Source: Azolla caroliniana | Taxonomy: Eukaryota; Plantae; Polypodiophyta | Length of the DNA: 64,000 nt | Direction of reading: 5' to 3' | Assembly (NCBI GenBank): GCA_043228905.1 | Contig: JBHGNT010000001.1 | Location: forward strand, 10,230,001-10,294,000 | Part shown: in pieces, positions 37,466 through 51,500 of the stretch | Layout of the letters: each line of letters starts with the position of its first letter | How positions within the stretch are numbered: position 1 is the stretch's first letter | The notes under the pieces: model-generated | The model's database searches: none | Told to the model about the DNA's origin: nothing | Seen by the model: the letters and a program-made list of their open reading frames with translations, nothing else | Position numbers and translations under genes: made by a program

Positions 37466-40400
37466 AGCGGGGGAGACGATGAAGAACGATATAGTGCCTG
37501 CCAATACTCAGCCCACAACAACCATAATTGTTGTCGCTCAGCAAAACAACACTACATCTGTCGTCGCTCAGCCCATCTCTGCCCAGATTGCCACCACACA
37601 GCCCACCGCCATCCAGCTTGTTGTCATCGCTCAGCCTGTTGTTGTTGATGCATGTTTAAATCATGTCACGACAGGTGTTGTGTCTGCCATAATAATTAAA
37701 GAAAAGTCAGCGGTCTTCATCGATACACCTCTGAATCAGGAGCAGGTATGTGTCGTTGCGAACAGTCTAATTGGGGCTCCAGTGTAGCAAATCCGGACAT
37801 CTCGCCTATTTCGAACAACGAGGTAAAGCTCCTATTGTCAGAACAGGATCGAGCACAGGTAATAAGAGAGATATAATGTATAGAGAAGAGGAATGTCATT
37901 GCACATGTTTTGGGCATTCGTCCTTGACGTGCCGACCTTCGTTTATTGTTGCAAGCTGCATTGAAACAAGAGATTGATAACATCACAGATATACAGATGC
38001 TTGGACGGAATTGTTATCAGATAGAATTCGAGTAGGAACGAATGGTGCCGATCTTGTTGGAGAAGAAAGTTGTGGCAGTCAAGGGAGGATGGCTCTCCTT
38101 CCATAAATGGATTCACAACTTCTCTGCAAATCAGGTAATTCATGAGTTAGAGTTATATCATACATGTAGGGTGGTATTTCCCAATTTGCGTAAAGAATGG
38201 ATGCCTTTCGTGCATCTAATTGCTAGTAATATTGGTACGGTTTTGGAAACCTATGATAAGCCTCGTCAGGTCGAAGAAAAGTCAATGGGAGCTGCGTCTG
38301 CAAAAAATTTGATTTCCAAAACCGCAGTTCTGCCCTCAATTATATTGTTGCCGAATTTACTTAACCCAAGCCAAGAATCTTTTTCTCAGAAAGTCTTGTA
38401 TAAGGGCTTACCAAATCAATGTTTTCGATGTTTTGGATTTGGACATTTGGCAAAGAATTGCCCAAAAATTACTAAAGATACTGATAAGCATGTCCCTATC
38501 ACAAATATAATGTAATCTCAGGATAGATCTAATGGTTCGATTGAGGTGGGGCGTAGGAAGACACCTTCACAAGTATATCATGATAAACCTCACCAGGTGG
38601 CTAGTAACAGTCTAAAGGAATTTCCTCCCTTACAAAATAGGTATTCTACTCTATACATAGAACAAGACCGTCCAAATGAGGTGAATGTTTTAGACCACTC
38701 ATCATCCCATCTTTCTCAACAGAGGCTTGACTCAGTTTCTTCCTCAGAAAAAACAGATCTACATCCCATCCAATTGTTTAAGTCCTTCTCGAGGTTAGTA
38801 GTAGGTCAACCACCCTTGAAAATTGTGGAGAATCAACAATTGTCGTTGCCTACATCTGATAATTTGGTTTCTTCTGAAAAATCAAAGTTAAAGGTTGTTG
38901 ACACTCAACATATGTTGGGTGTGGAAATGCCTCAAAGTGTCACGAGCAGTCGAGCGAACCAACAGGTCCAAGTCTCTGGTAATTCAAATCTGGTCGAAAA
39001 TCTCTCAAGACAACTTATTTCTGGTCAACCAAACAATTTGGGTCTTTAAAAGGTTAAGGGTGTAGACAAACTACCTTGTGATGGATTTCAATTTACAATT
39101 TCACAAGATTCTTTGACAACTCAAACCACTCAAAAGCAGGTTAAGGAACATAGGGTGCATAAGTATGCAGGGAATTACTTGATTTTAAAAAGACAAGCAA
39201 GAGCTCAGGAGGGTGCTCAGAAAGGCCGTCAAGAAGCTTTGCTTGAGAAAAGGGCAGCTCTAAAACCTAAGTAATATGGACACCCTCCATTTTCTTTCGT
39301 GGAATGTATAAGGCCTGGGTGGACAGGCTTTTCGTAGAGTTAAAGAACTCTTACGATCAGATTTAGGCAGTTCTACTGTTGGTATTATTGATATTTTGTT
39401 TCTACAAGAGCATCACCTATGCATGGATAGGATTCAGAAATATGGTTCCATTTTACTAGGACGGTGGAATCATTTCTGGGTTCCTGCATTTGGCCCAAAT
39501 GGCTGTCAGGCTGGATTATGCATTGCTATTAGACAACAATTGGAGTCTAACATTGTGTCAGCATCCACTACTATGAATAAACGGGCACAATTTCTTATTT
39601 TAAAAAGAGGATACCAGACAATTGGCCTTATGAATCTTTATGCCTCCAATTCTGCGTCAGAAAGGGCAGATTTATGGTTATCTCTTTCTGATTATGCGGA
39701 TTTAGTGGATTGTTGGTTAGTGGGAGGTGACTTCAATATGATTGAGGATGTCGTTGATAGATTGGGAGGTGTAGGCACTACTATTTCAGGACGAGAGGCT
39801 AAATGTTGGGATTATTTGTGTTTTTCCTTTGGGTTGCTTGATTTATGGAAGGTGCACTCATTTTCACGCATACAAGGATCCCTTCAGTTCTCTCGATCAG
39901 ATGGGAGTGTGGATGTTACAAATTTGTCTCAACTAGATAGATTTTATGCTAGGGGTGTATTTTGGGAGGTCGGTGGGTCCCTAGGAATTATTCTGGGCTC
40001 AGTTATCTCTTACCATGATCCTCTGAAGCTACATGTTACATTTACCAAGAGGTGATACTCCAAGCAATTGCGTATCCCTCCTTCATTGCAATCTAATGAT
40101 AATCATAGGATGTCAATCACTCAGATATGGTCCAGTTACAACTTTTCAGACGACTATTTGCTTAACAATATGGTTCATGCCATACTAGATACAAAGACTC
40201 TATTCACAAAAATAATTGCAGCATCAGTTAATCGTTGCAACTCAGAGATTGCCAACCTACGTCGTGCTCTTGCAGCAGTACAACAACTGTTGGAAAGGCA
40301 TCCAACTTCATCTATGTTACATTGTGACTTGCAACAAGTGAAAAGCATTTTAAAAGATAAACAGGAGGAATGCTCAATGTTCTTCTACTATCGTAATGTT

Positions 40401-43400
40401 GCTCATTGGTCACAAACGCAAGATCGGGTTAACAAAGAATTTTTTAATTAGTTTAAACGGAAAAATAAACCTCTTTCTATTACCTCTTTGAAGGGGATTG
40501 ATGGATCCTACACGTCAGATGAATCTGAGATGCGAGATATAGTCTCGGATTACTACCATCAGTTGTTGTCTGTAGAATCTTTTTCAGCAAATAGTCTTTA
40601 CAAGAGACAAGTTGTTCTTGTAGCTATTCAACAAAAGGTTACAGAGGTAATGGCATCTCATTTATTGCAACGATTCACACCACAAGAGGTCTTTTCTGCA
40701 GCTAAATCCTTAGGAAAGGATGTATGTCCGGGAAAAGATGGAATAGGAGTTGGTTTCTATTTGCATTATTGAGATTTTCTAGGTCCCCTACTTACTAGAG
40801 CGGTTAATTTAATATTTTCAAGCGGTAGTATGCATGTGGAATGGACGGAAGGAATCATATATATGATCCCTAAGTCGGATGCCCAGTGTGATGAAGTCAC
40901 CAAGTGGAGGCCAATTACATTGCTTAATGATGTGTACAAGATTGTGGCAAAAACCATTGCTCTCAGACTAAGATCATTGTTGTCGTCTATTATTCATGAC
41001 ACTCAATTTGGTTTTTTGCAAGATAGAAGCATTTTTTATAACATCTTTTTGTTTTGGGAAATGGTTGCTTTAGCTTAGTAAAATAAACAACAACTTGCAA
41101 TATTTTTGCTTGACTTTGAGAAGGCTTATGATGAAGTGGATTGGGACTTTCTTGAGGTAGTGTTATCAAGATTAGGCTTTCCTATTGCATGGATAAAAGG
41201 TGTCTCTGCCCTATATAGGCATGCTTCTAGTTCCGTCTTGTTTGCTAGAGGATATGGGCCATTATTTCCTATCTCCAGGTCAGTTCGGCAAGGATGCCCT
41301 CTCGCCCCGTTTCTTTTCATCTTGTTTGGGGAAGCCTTGTCCTCCTATCTAAGATCGTCTTTGGCAGGTATAAGAGGCATAGCATTACCTTTTACACAAC
41401 CTAGTGTATTGGATGTTGAATTTGCAGATGACACAGCCCTTTATGTTGAAGGGGAGATTGGAAATCTTGGTCGGGTACAATATGCTTTGCAAGTTTTTTC
41501 AGATGCTATAGGTGCATCCCTTAATTGGAACAAGTCAGTTGGAATTTGGGTAGGTGAAGAAACTCACCCTGCTTGGTACCCAGGTCCTTCTTTCCGATGG
41601 CTTCATCATGGTGAACTAGTTCGTTATTTGGGATGTATGGTTGGCATAGATTTGCGGCCAGAAGCAATGTTATCGCCACTACTATTATCAATAAAACGTA
41701 AACTAATACATTGGGATGCCCTGCAATTGTCCTTTGCAGGTCGGGTTGTTGTAGCCAACTCTGCATTGTTGACTTCAATGTGGTTTATAACATCCGTTTG
41801 GCTATTTTCTAGATCTGCAATAACGAAAGTGCAAAGTTTGATCCGGAATTTTCTTTGGGGAGGAAAACAAGGATCTCCGACAATAGCCAAAGTTGCTTGG
41901 AATGTGTTAATCCAACCTAAAAGTAATGGTGGTTTGGGTTTGATAGACCCTTTAATGTAGTCAAGAGCCCTTTTGACTAAGTTTGTGATTAGAGGATTGC
42001 TGCCAGGAACAGAATCTTGGAAAGACATATTTCTAAATCAGTTGATGCAATTAAGTCCTAAGACGGGCGGTGTTTGGTCACCCTCTTTAAAATGGTTATT
42101 CCTTAATGATGTACAAACACCAAGGCGGGATCTTGCATCCAATAGATTTTTGTTAGGAATCATAAGCGCATGGGATGTGATTAAGTCATTCTTGCTTAAG
42201 GACAAGCCTTCTACGTGGGATGCGCTACTTAATCAACCTCTTCTTGCCAATTCTTTATTTTGGGATAATGCAGGAAAAGTGTTGGGCCTGATAACTCACC
42301 TTGCCTGGGGAAAATTGGATAATGGGCTTGCTGCATCTGTAAGAACGTGGAATCAATTTCAGCAAATGTCACAAGAAGATCGTCTTGCACAATTACAATC
42401 AGTGCATGGTGCCAAGATAATGACCGCTAGTATATCAGCAACATATTATCCGCTTTCTACAACCTTTCAACCCACGAAGGAACATATGTGGTTTGGATGC
42501 TTCATAAATGACACGTTGGTGGCTGTCAAGGCAATTTCACCTAATGGGTGCGTCTCTTAAGTTAAGGTCCTAGACAATCATACATTACAACCTTACACCT
42601 TAGAGTGTCGTTATCTACAACACCTGCGAAGAGCACCAGTTAGAGTCGTTGCTAAATTTGGAAAGAAATGGATGCTCGATCCTTATCTGTCAATTGCTCA
42701 TACGTGTGATATGTTGTGGTTATATGCAAAAGACCCGGTTGCAAGATTAACATGGGATCCGGGGGGCTGGTTTTGGTCACATTCCTTGGGGGAACAGATC
42801 ATAAAGGTTCCTTTCTTTCAATACTCAGTAAAACTTGGAAGAGCACTATTTCTCTCTTGGAATGCAAGGATACCAGCAGCTCAGAAACATTGGACCACTT
42901 GGGGGGTCTCAACTTTGCATTTGAAAACCTACTGGAAATGGATTTGGTCATTCAAGGGGCCAACTAAATTTATTCTCTTCCGATGGCTATTAGTGCATAT
43001 GGCCTTACCAGTTGGTCACTCATTGAAAGGGAATGTAACACCTAATCTTCAACAATGTGACTTTTGCCACGAAGCGCAAGAGACTACCAAGCATGCCCTT
43101 TGGTCATGTTCCTTGGCTCAACAAGTATGGAATAAAGTTCTTTCGTTATTTTTAACAATCAATGTTGGTTGCTTATTTTCATGGGGATCAGCAATGTGGG
43201 GAGTTTTAAATTCCAATTTGATGTTGTATGAGGCAAACGATGTTCAAGAGGCAATGATGGTACAAAATAGAATATTGATATTGGTCAGCCCCTTTCAACA
43301 ACCTCGAAAGCAGGTGCAATCTGCCCAGATATGGAAAACAATTACTACAATAACGTTATGGGCATTATGGAAATGTCGATGTAACCAACATTATGGAGCG

Positions 43401-43690
43401 ATATATCAATGTCTCTCATATATCTTGCGTGAGATATGGGAGAACTTGGTGGCAGTAGTTCGTGCCCAGTATGACAACATGCAAGGTTCACCGGAGACTG
43501 TGAACAAGAGAAAGAAGAAGCTCCTTCACTTATGGAAAAAGTTACCCCTATTCTTTGAGTCAACTCAAGGGCCTCAATGGAACTATCAACTTCCTTGGAA
43601 AATTGTAAGCTTTGCACACATAAGCTTAAGTTGTAGCATTCATATGTTTTTCTTAATACTAATGAGGAAAATCTTCAAAGAAAAAAAAAT
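37466..43690 (+). mobile_element. L1-clade LINE, near full length, decayed
   Basis: ORF1 with CCHC knuckle CFRCFGFGHLAKNC (38042-38515). ORF2 from 39276: APE endonuclease (SWNV, LQEH, GGDFN, LDRFY), RT (WRPITLLN, DFEKAYD, RQGCPLAP, FADD) and C-terminal CxxC..ETTKHALWSC. Several in-frame stops; ends approximate. Confidence 0.92.
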
Positions 43691-44152
43691 TTATATAAAT
43701 TTGATAAGTTCTAATGGGAGTTGGGACTCATTGTATAGAAAGATAATAGTAGGATTATATTCACCATATTACATGTGTACCTACTTTTTCTTTTAATAAT
43801 TCGTAAATTAAGAACCAAATAAATATTTGTTAACTAGTTTTTGACATCTAGATATAAATGGCATAAGGCATAATTGGAGTTTAACTTCCTTTTGGTACAT
43901 ATGTTGAGAATTTGAACTATAATTGTACATAGTTTTATCTAAACATAAGAATATATGCTAATTGTATTGCAAATACATGTATTTGTCTCAAAGCCAATTC
44001 ATGATGTTATTTTTTGTAGTATAACTTAAATGTATCCTTTGATGAATCATTAGATAATTTGTCAAATACTCCAAAGGTGTGATGGTTCCATCTTGTTTTT
44101 CCACCAAATCAACTTAAAAGTTAAATATGAGAAGTGTATGTGGTAATATTTG

Positions 44153-44330
44153 TGCAACCATTACAAGGGGTACTTCCTTTAGAAAAGGGAATGATTATCT
44201 ATCCGTATTCAACCACCCAATAAAATATCAATAATTTGGGGCAACCGTTACCAGGGGTACTTCCTTTAGAAAAGGGAATGACTATCTATCCGTATTCAAC
44301 CTACCAATAAAATATTAAGAATTTGGGGCA
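44153..44330. repeat. Two-copy ~87-bp direct repeat
   Basis: GCAACC..AGGGGTACTTCCTTTAGAAAAGGGAATGA..CTATCCGTATTCAACC..AATAAAATAT..AATTTGGGGCA occurs twice. Confidence 0.8.
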
Positions 44331-44699
44331 TCGTAGTCTTCTAACTTGTTGGTTCCTCATTAAGAACAAGATACAATCAAATATATAGCTTTATGCTTTA
44401 GTATGTAATAAAGAAAACTTTCTGTTGCGAGCCTTTGAAAATCATTTGAATTGTCTCATTAGTCTTATTTTGGCAGAGCAAAATTTGGTAATCCAAATAT
44501 GAGTCTATATATTTGTGATTATTGCATGCATGAAATGGAAATATGGTTGATCGTTAAAGAAAGAAGTATTTCCCAACCACAAGGATATCTATCAGAACAC
44601 AAACAAAGGTATCTAACAATGACAATTAAAAATTGAATCAAAATGTAGTTCACTAACATCTGGCTTCACGTTAATGTGTGCCACAAAAGAAAGTCTTAT

Positions 44700-45492
44700 C
44701 TCACTTTCGAAAACATGGGTGAAAACATGGGTGACAAGGGTGACATGCAACGTCATCACTTTAAAGGCGAAATGAAGACATATGGATGGTATTGATTAAG
44801 GGCAACATGAGAGTGAGTGAATTGAGACTTTCATTTACATATCTTAATTGTAATGGCAAAACATTAGGTGAAAACATGGGTGAAAAGTGAGTGAATTGAG
44901 ACCTTCATTTACATATCTTAAATGTAAATGTGAAACATTGGGTAAAAACATGGGTGACAAGGGTGACATGCAACATCGTCACTTTAAAGGCGAAATGAAG
45001 ACATATGGATGGTATTGATTAAGGGCAACATGAGAGTGAGTGAATTGAGACCTTCATTTAAATATCTTAATTGTAAATGCGAAACATTGGGTGAAAACAT
45101 GGGTGACAAGGGTGACATGTAACGTCATCACTTTAAAGGCGAAATGAAGACATATGGATGGTATTTATTAAGGGCAACATGAGAGTGAGTGAATTGAGAC
45201 CTTCATTTACATATCTTAATTGTAAAGGCGAAATATTGGGTGAAGACATGGGTGAAAACATGGGTTTGTAAAGGCGAAACATCGGGTGAAGATATGCGTG
45301 GAAACATGGGTTTGTAAAGGCGAAACATTGGGTGAAGACATGGGTGGAAACATGGGTTTGTAAAGGCGAAAAATTGGGTGAACACATGGGTGACATGCAA
45401 TGTCATCACTTTAAAGGCAAAATGAAGACAAATGGATGGTATTGATTAAGGGCAACGTGAGAGTGAATGACTTGAGACCTTCATTTATCTTA
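44700..45492. repeat. Composite tandem repeat (~149-bp unit with shorter subunits) just upstream of the UGT
   Basis: ACTTTAAAGGCGAAATGAAGAC recurs at about 44757, 44981, 45130 and 45407, with GGGTGAAAACATGGG subrepeats between. Confidence 0.85.
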
Positions 45493-45595
45493 ATTCTGAA
45501 GGTGTCACCCAACACTCTCTCACACACACACACTATCATTAGGGCTTATCTATCGGCATTAGCCTAAGCAATTTAATCAAAATCAGTTTCACACC

Positions 45596-47743
45596 ATGGT
45601 TAGTGGGATCAATCCTAGGAATGGTAATGAGGAGAAGAAGAACCCCCTCAACATCATCAACGATGGTCATATGGCGAAGCAAAAGCCACACGTTCTAATG
45701 ATGCCGTACTCGGGCCAAGGTCACGTCAACCCGCTCATGAACCTGGCCAAGAAATTGGCATCTCGTGGGGTGACCATAACATTCGTCACCAGCCAATTCA
45801 TCCACGACCGCCTCATGAAGACGCAGGAGATCGTGGGCAAGATCGTTCTTGGGCATGACGTCATGCCCACAAAGGGGGAGGGGGAGAATGGATGGCATGA
45901 GCATGAGCATGTGGTGGAGCTGGAGCTGTGTGTGTTGAGAGGGGGCCATGTGGATGATGCGCCCATCCGCATGATGGGCATCCCGGATGGGGTGTCCGCC
46001 CATGACCACATCATCCATGATGTGGCAAAGCACGTCGACGCCTTCCTCCATTACATGCCTGCTCGCCTCCTCCACGTCGTCACGTGCCTCCTCCAGCCCC
46101 CCGTCACGTGCGTCGTCGCCGACATATACGCGCTCTTGTGCACGCAGGCTGTGGCCACCCACCTGTCCGTCCCGCACGTGGCCTTCTGGACGCAGAACGC
46201 CGCTAGCTATCTCACCCAAATGCTCGTATCTCAAGACCCCGCCAAATATAAAGGTCCATTGACATGTCTCATTCTTTTTTACCTCCAAATTTGTCTCTAT
46301 AGTTGATAAGGATATTTGGGAATTCTCTTGTTGGATTTAACTACGAGAATGCCCATACATCGTAGTATAGTAAAGTCTCAAAGAGAGAGAGGGGTATTCT
46401 CTCATCCTTTTTTAAAATAAAGGGGCATTTTAGGTAATATCCGAATAGAAAACACTTTGATCTTACCCATTGTGTCTCGTATGCGCAGAAAAGTTCATGG
46501 TTGTGAATGGGGAGGGTGATGAAAATTCCCGAACTATCACGTGCATCCCTGGTGCCCCATCCTTAAAGCCAAGCGAGATTTACTCATTTTTACAACCATG
46601 TGACCCTTCCGACTTCATCTTCTCACATATCATGCAATCCTTTGCTATAGCAAATCAATGCACGCACATCCTCACCAACACATGCTATACGTTCGAAGTT
46701 GAGACCCTCGAGTTCATTCAAACAAGACAAAACATGCTCACCATAGGCCCCCTCCTCCCTTCTCTCTACCTTGACACATTCAAAAGTGGTTCAACTAAAA
46801 TCGATAAGTTATGTAATCATGAAATCAAGCTTGAGGCATCATCGATATGGGTGGAGAATGATAGTTGCTTGGCATGGCTTGATGCACAAGAACCTAATTC
46901 CGTGCTCTATGTGTCAATTGGCAGCATCGCCATCATGTCAGACCAACAAATGGCAATTTTTAAGGTTGCTTTGGAAGCATTACGTGAATACCCCATCCTT
47001 ATGGTTGATCGTGAGAATAGCATATTTGCTACAAACGATGGCTTCCATGAAAGCGTCATGACAATTAGTGGCAACATTATGGTCATTAAATGGGCGCCCC
47101 AACTCAAAGTCTTGGGGCATCCTGCAGTTGGAGGTTTCCTTACACACTCTGGTTGGAACTCTACCTTGGAGGCCATATGCAAGGGAGTGCCCATGCTTTG
47201 TTGGCCTTTCCTTGCTGATCAAATGCTCAATTGCAGGTATACTAGTGTGGCCTTGACTACAAGTACTCTTAAATGTTTCTTACATTATAATCGAACAATG
47301 AAAAAATGAAAGCAAAATAGAAATGTAGATACTAAAAATTTAATGGTGGATTACTCTACAAAAAATAGGAGGGCCATGGTAAGTGGTAAATAAATATCAC
47401 CACTCCTCAAAGTAAAATAAATACGTGCATTGTTTAAACTTGATCTATAACACATAAAGACAAGGCTAAGTTAAATATACTTTTGATTGTTTTATGAATT
47501 TGACACATGCAATATAGATACATTGTGGATTCCTGGAAGATTGGACTCGAGTTTCAAAAAGATAAGACCTTAGGACTTGTGAGTCAGGAAGAAATTGAAG
47601 CTAAGGTGAAATATCTCATGAATCCCTCTTCAAGTAAAGCTATCCGTGAGCAGGCACACAACCTTAGCTTGATGGCAATGGAATCATATCATGGGTCGTC
47701 AAAAGATAACTTAGACTCATTCGTCAATTTCCTCCTCCATTGA
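45596..47743 (+). CDS. Family-1 UDP-glycosyltransferase, 3 exons, ~543 aa
   Basis: Exons 45596-46253, 46489-47236 and 47518-47743 join in frame across GT-AG introns (1632 nt). N-terminal PHVLMMPYSGQGHVNP with catalytic His; CVVAD; full PSPG box WAPQLKVLGHPAVGGFLTHSGWNSTLEAICKGVPMLCWPFLADQ. Confidence 0.93.
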
Positions 47744-48242
47744 AAATTTGTTGTTTTTAATGTAACAATTCTATGAAAATAATTGTGGTAGCTCAAGTGG
47801 CAATATGTTCATATGATAAGAAGCTTATCGTCAAATAATTATTTTTGGTACCATTCAAGTTTATAAATTGACAATAACATCTAAAATCAAATATAATTTA
47901 AATTTGGTCTTATTAAACAAGAACATGAATGAAGTTGAATTAAATGCTTTGGTTTGGTTTCGACTTTTCCTTATACATTGTCACATAAATGCGCGCACTT
48001 GTGCTACTCGAACAAGACCATGAGTGACTTAGACCAAGGAGGGTGTAATGTTGGGTGAGAATATTCTTCAAGATGCCTTCTAGATTTACTTGAGTGAATC
48101 CCCCCTTTGTACAATTGCTACTCAAAGATCGAAGTGAGCACTTTGGAGGCGAACGAACACAAGTTTACCGATGGAGGGACACAAAGACTCTTGAGGTGAA
48201 TGTAGAGAGGCGAAAGCTTGCCTGGCTACTACCACTTAGCAC

Positions 48243-48301
<59 letters not shown>

Positions 48302-48457
48302 GATAGGATTGGAGTGTTTAACACGCAACTATTGTTAATCACACAAGAGTTCATGCGATACTACGTATAACACATGAAGGTTTGTATGTTATAAGTTATA
48401 ACACATGAAGGTTCATGTGTTACCCACACAAAAGCTTGTGTGTTGCATCACACAAAG

Positions 48458-48498
<41 letters not shown>

Positions 48499-48519
48499 TT
48501 ATATTATCGTCTTCGGAGG

Positions 48520-51500
48520 TCAAATATGACCTATGAGACCAAAAATATTGCATTTCACGTGATACGTGTGAAGGTGAGTAGCGACTCTCGATGTTCAAGA
48601 ACTTTACCAATGAATGTTGCAATCGAGAGTGCACATCGTGGTTGTGAGAGAAATTCGTGCAAGGATTGGGCTCGAACAAAGAGATGTGGAAAGCATGGTC
48701 GAATATGATCAAAGGCAGAGCATTGTATCAAAGTGTGATATTTAGACTCTCGAACTTGTTTAGGGCAAAGTATGCATAGTCGGCCACTCTCATCACTTGT
48801 GCCCCAACGCCCCGTCTCACATCTCAATGTGTGCGAGCTAAGTCACATGGAAGCAATGGTTCAAATGGCAAATATCAGGATGGGCTCTAACATGTATCGA
48901 TGTGTACGGCTTCCCCATTCCGCGAAGAGTATGGTTTTGTAGTTAGGTGCAACATTTGTAGTATAATGTGTGAAGCGTGAGCCACCACATTTGTCCCATG
49001 TCATGATACATTGGCGTTGCAAAAAGACCTCATTTATAGAAGAATCTAGTGACACATCATGAAGCAAGTTTCTTGCATCTCATCTAACAAACCATTTTTC
49101 TAAATCTTGCATCCAACCGAAACACAAAATTTTGCTTTTATGCATCTTTTGGATCTTTTTGCTTGCTTCCCATGCAATTCTAAGAAGTCGATGTGAGGGG
49201 CTTTTTTGAACCTTAAGCATGTATTCAACAACCCTTTCCATGGCCATGATCTCAATGGGAAGTGATCTCGTCTCAAGGAGGAGGAGGGTGTAGGGTGTTT
49301 GTTTCTTAACTTGTAGAAACTTTGTAAGAAAATGTTTTTGGACATTTTCAAATTCTTTCCACGTAGATTTAGGGATGCTACCGCCCCATACTTCCACCCC
49401 ATAGAGAAGAACCGGGGTCACCAAAGTGTCAAAAATATATTTCTTGAGGACCCAACACTTAATATCTCCAAGATTGCATGTGTTCTCAAATGCATAATAT
49501 GCTCGCTTACCTGCCTCTAAGCGACGTGTAGCACATTCATTCCATTTATGATTTGAAGGAACTTCAAGGCCAAGATATTTGAACCTTTCCACACATTCAA
49601 GTGGCTCATTGTTGTACATAATGCATGGTTTATCTCTTTTTTTACTCTTTACAAGCATAATCTTTGTTTTAGAGCTATTGACACTTAATCTAGTATGCAT
49701 GCAAAACTTTTCCAATGCCTTCATAAGTTTTTGTGCATCTCCCGGAGTATTTGCAAAAAGCACTACATCATCCGCATATAACAAAAACATAATCACACCA
49801 TTCCCAATGGCAACTTCCTCAACACATTCTTCCTTTACAAACTTGGTAGCCATTTCTTCTAATTCATCAATGCATAGACCAAATAATGTTGGTCAGAGTG
49901 GGCATCCTTGCTTAACACCAATAGTGCTCTTGAAAAAATCCGAAATTCTATCTCTCATATGCACACAACATATAACCTTCTCATATATTCGGGAAATTGT
50001 AAGCATATATTCACTTGGCACCTCAAGTTCTTCCATCCGCCTCCAACGATGCTCACGAGGTACCATATCAAAAGCTTTCTTGGAGTCTACAAAGCAACAA
50101 TATAAACCTTTACCTCTAAGGCGACTTTCCTCCATTAATACTCGAAGAGTGACAAGATTATCAATGGTGTTATGGTGTTTTTGAAAACCAACTTGTCCAT
50201 AAGCTCTCTTACCATTTTTTTCTGCCCATACACTTATCTTTGATTCCATTATACATCCAAATAGTTTTGCCATTAATGAGCCAACCATGATGGTTTGATA
50301 GTTGTTTACCTTATTTACATCTCCGCCTTTATGTAAAGGTTTGATCCAATTTGTAGTCCAATCATATGGCATATCATGTTGCAATGCATCATTAAACATA
50401 TCGAATATCCATATATGTGCTTCCTTTCCCATCCATTTGAGCATTTCAGCTTTTATACATTGAAGATCGCTTGCCTTTCGAGAGGCCAATTTCTTAAGTC
50501 CTATGCATATATCTTCAATTGTAAAGAAGGGAGATATATGTGAAAGAGAACCATAACACATCATCTTTCCGGCAAGAGATAACTCATATAAATTCTTACA
50601 ATGCATAGACAAGTCATGAAGAGTTAAGTCACCATAACACTCAACAAGTTTCCCCTTTAGATTTCCCCAAATTTTAGCACATGCATGTGATTTCTCTTGC
50701 GTTTGGAGAAGTTGTTGAGTAACTTCCCATATTCGTCTCTTTCTTTGAATAAGCCTTTTATATTCATGCAAATGCTTTTGGTAATTTTCTTAATCCTTAA
50801 TTACATCCAAAACCATAAGGCACTTTCGAGCTTCATGACATTCTTTATCAAACCACTTTTTCTTACATTTCTCGGTGCATTTCCATGATGTGCGGTTAGT
50901 CGAAAAACATTTGTTTGTACAAGAGAGAATGACATTCTTAAAAGCTTCCCATTTGCATTCTAGTGTGGCACCATGTTGTGTCTTTGTCATTAAATGTAAC
51001 ATATTTGTCATTAAATGTAACATATCCTCAACCATCATGGAATACATGGGCGCTCGCTTAAGATTCATGCTCAAGTGCGTTTGTTTACTATCTTCAATGA
51101 CCTTCTCGCAATCAAACCTATGCATACATTTGAGATGAATACATAAATTCGTATGATCAGATTCTGGTGTCCATTCCCCCAATGAGAATTTATGTATACG
51201 ATCCAAAATACCTTCGAAAAGTAGCACATAGTCAATCACATTATTTCCATTGTGTTTTCTACATGTAAAGTCATTAGTATTGGGCCATAAGGAAACACCA
51301 TTTGCAATAAGCAATACGGTACTATTGCACATTTGTAGGAGTAGTTTCCCAAATTGGTCCAGATCTTTTTCATCACTAGAAGATCGACTATACATTTGCA
51401 TATCCTCTTGCATCCTTGAGATATGTGGCATGAAAGATTCTTGTGAATCAAGTTGGAAACTTCTTGTACGAGCATTCATGTCACCAAAGACAATAACTTC

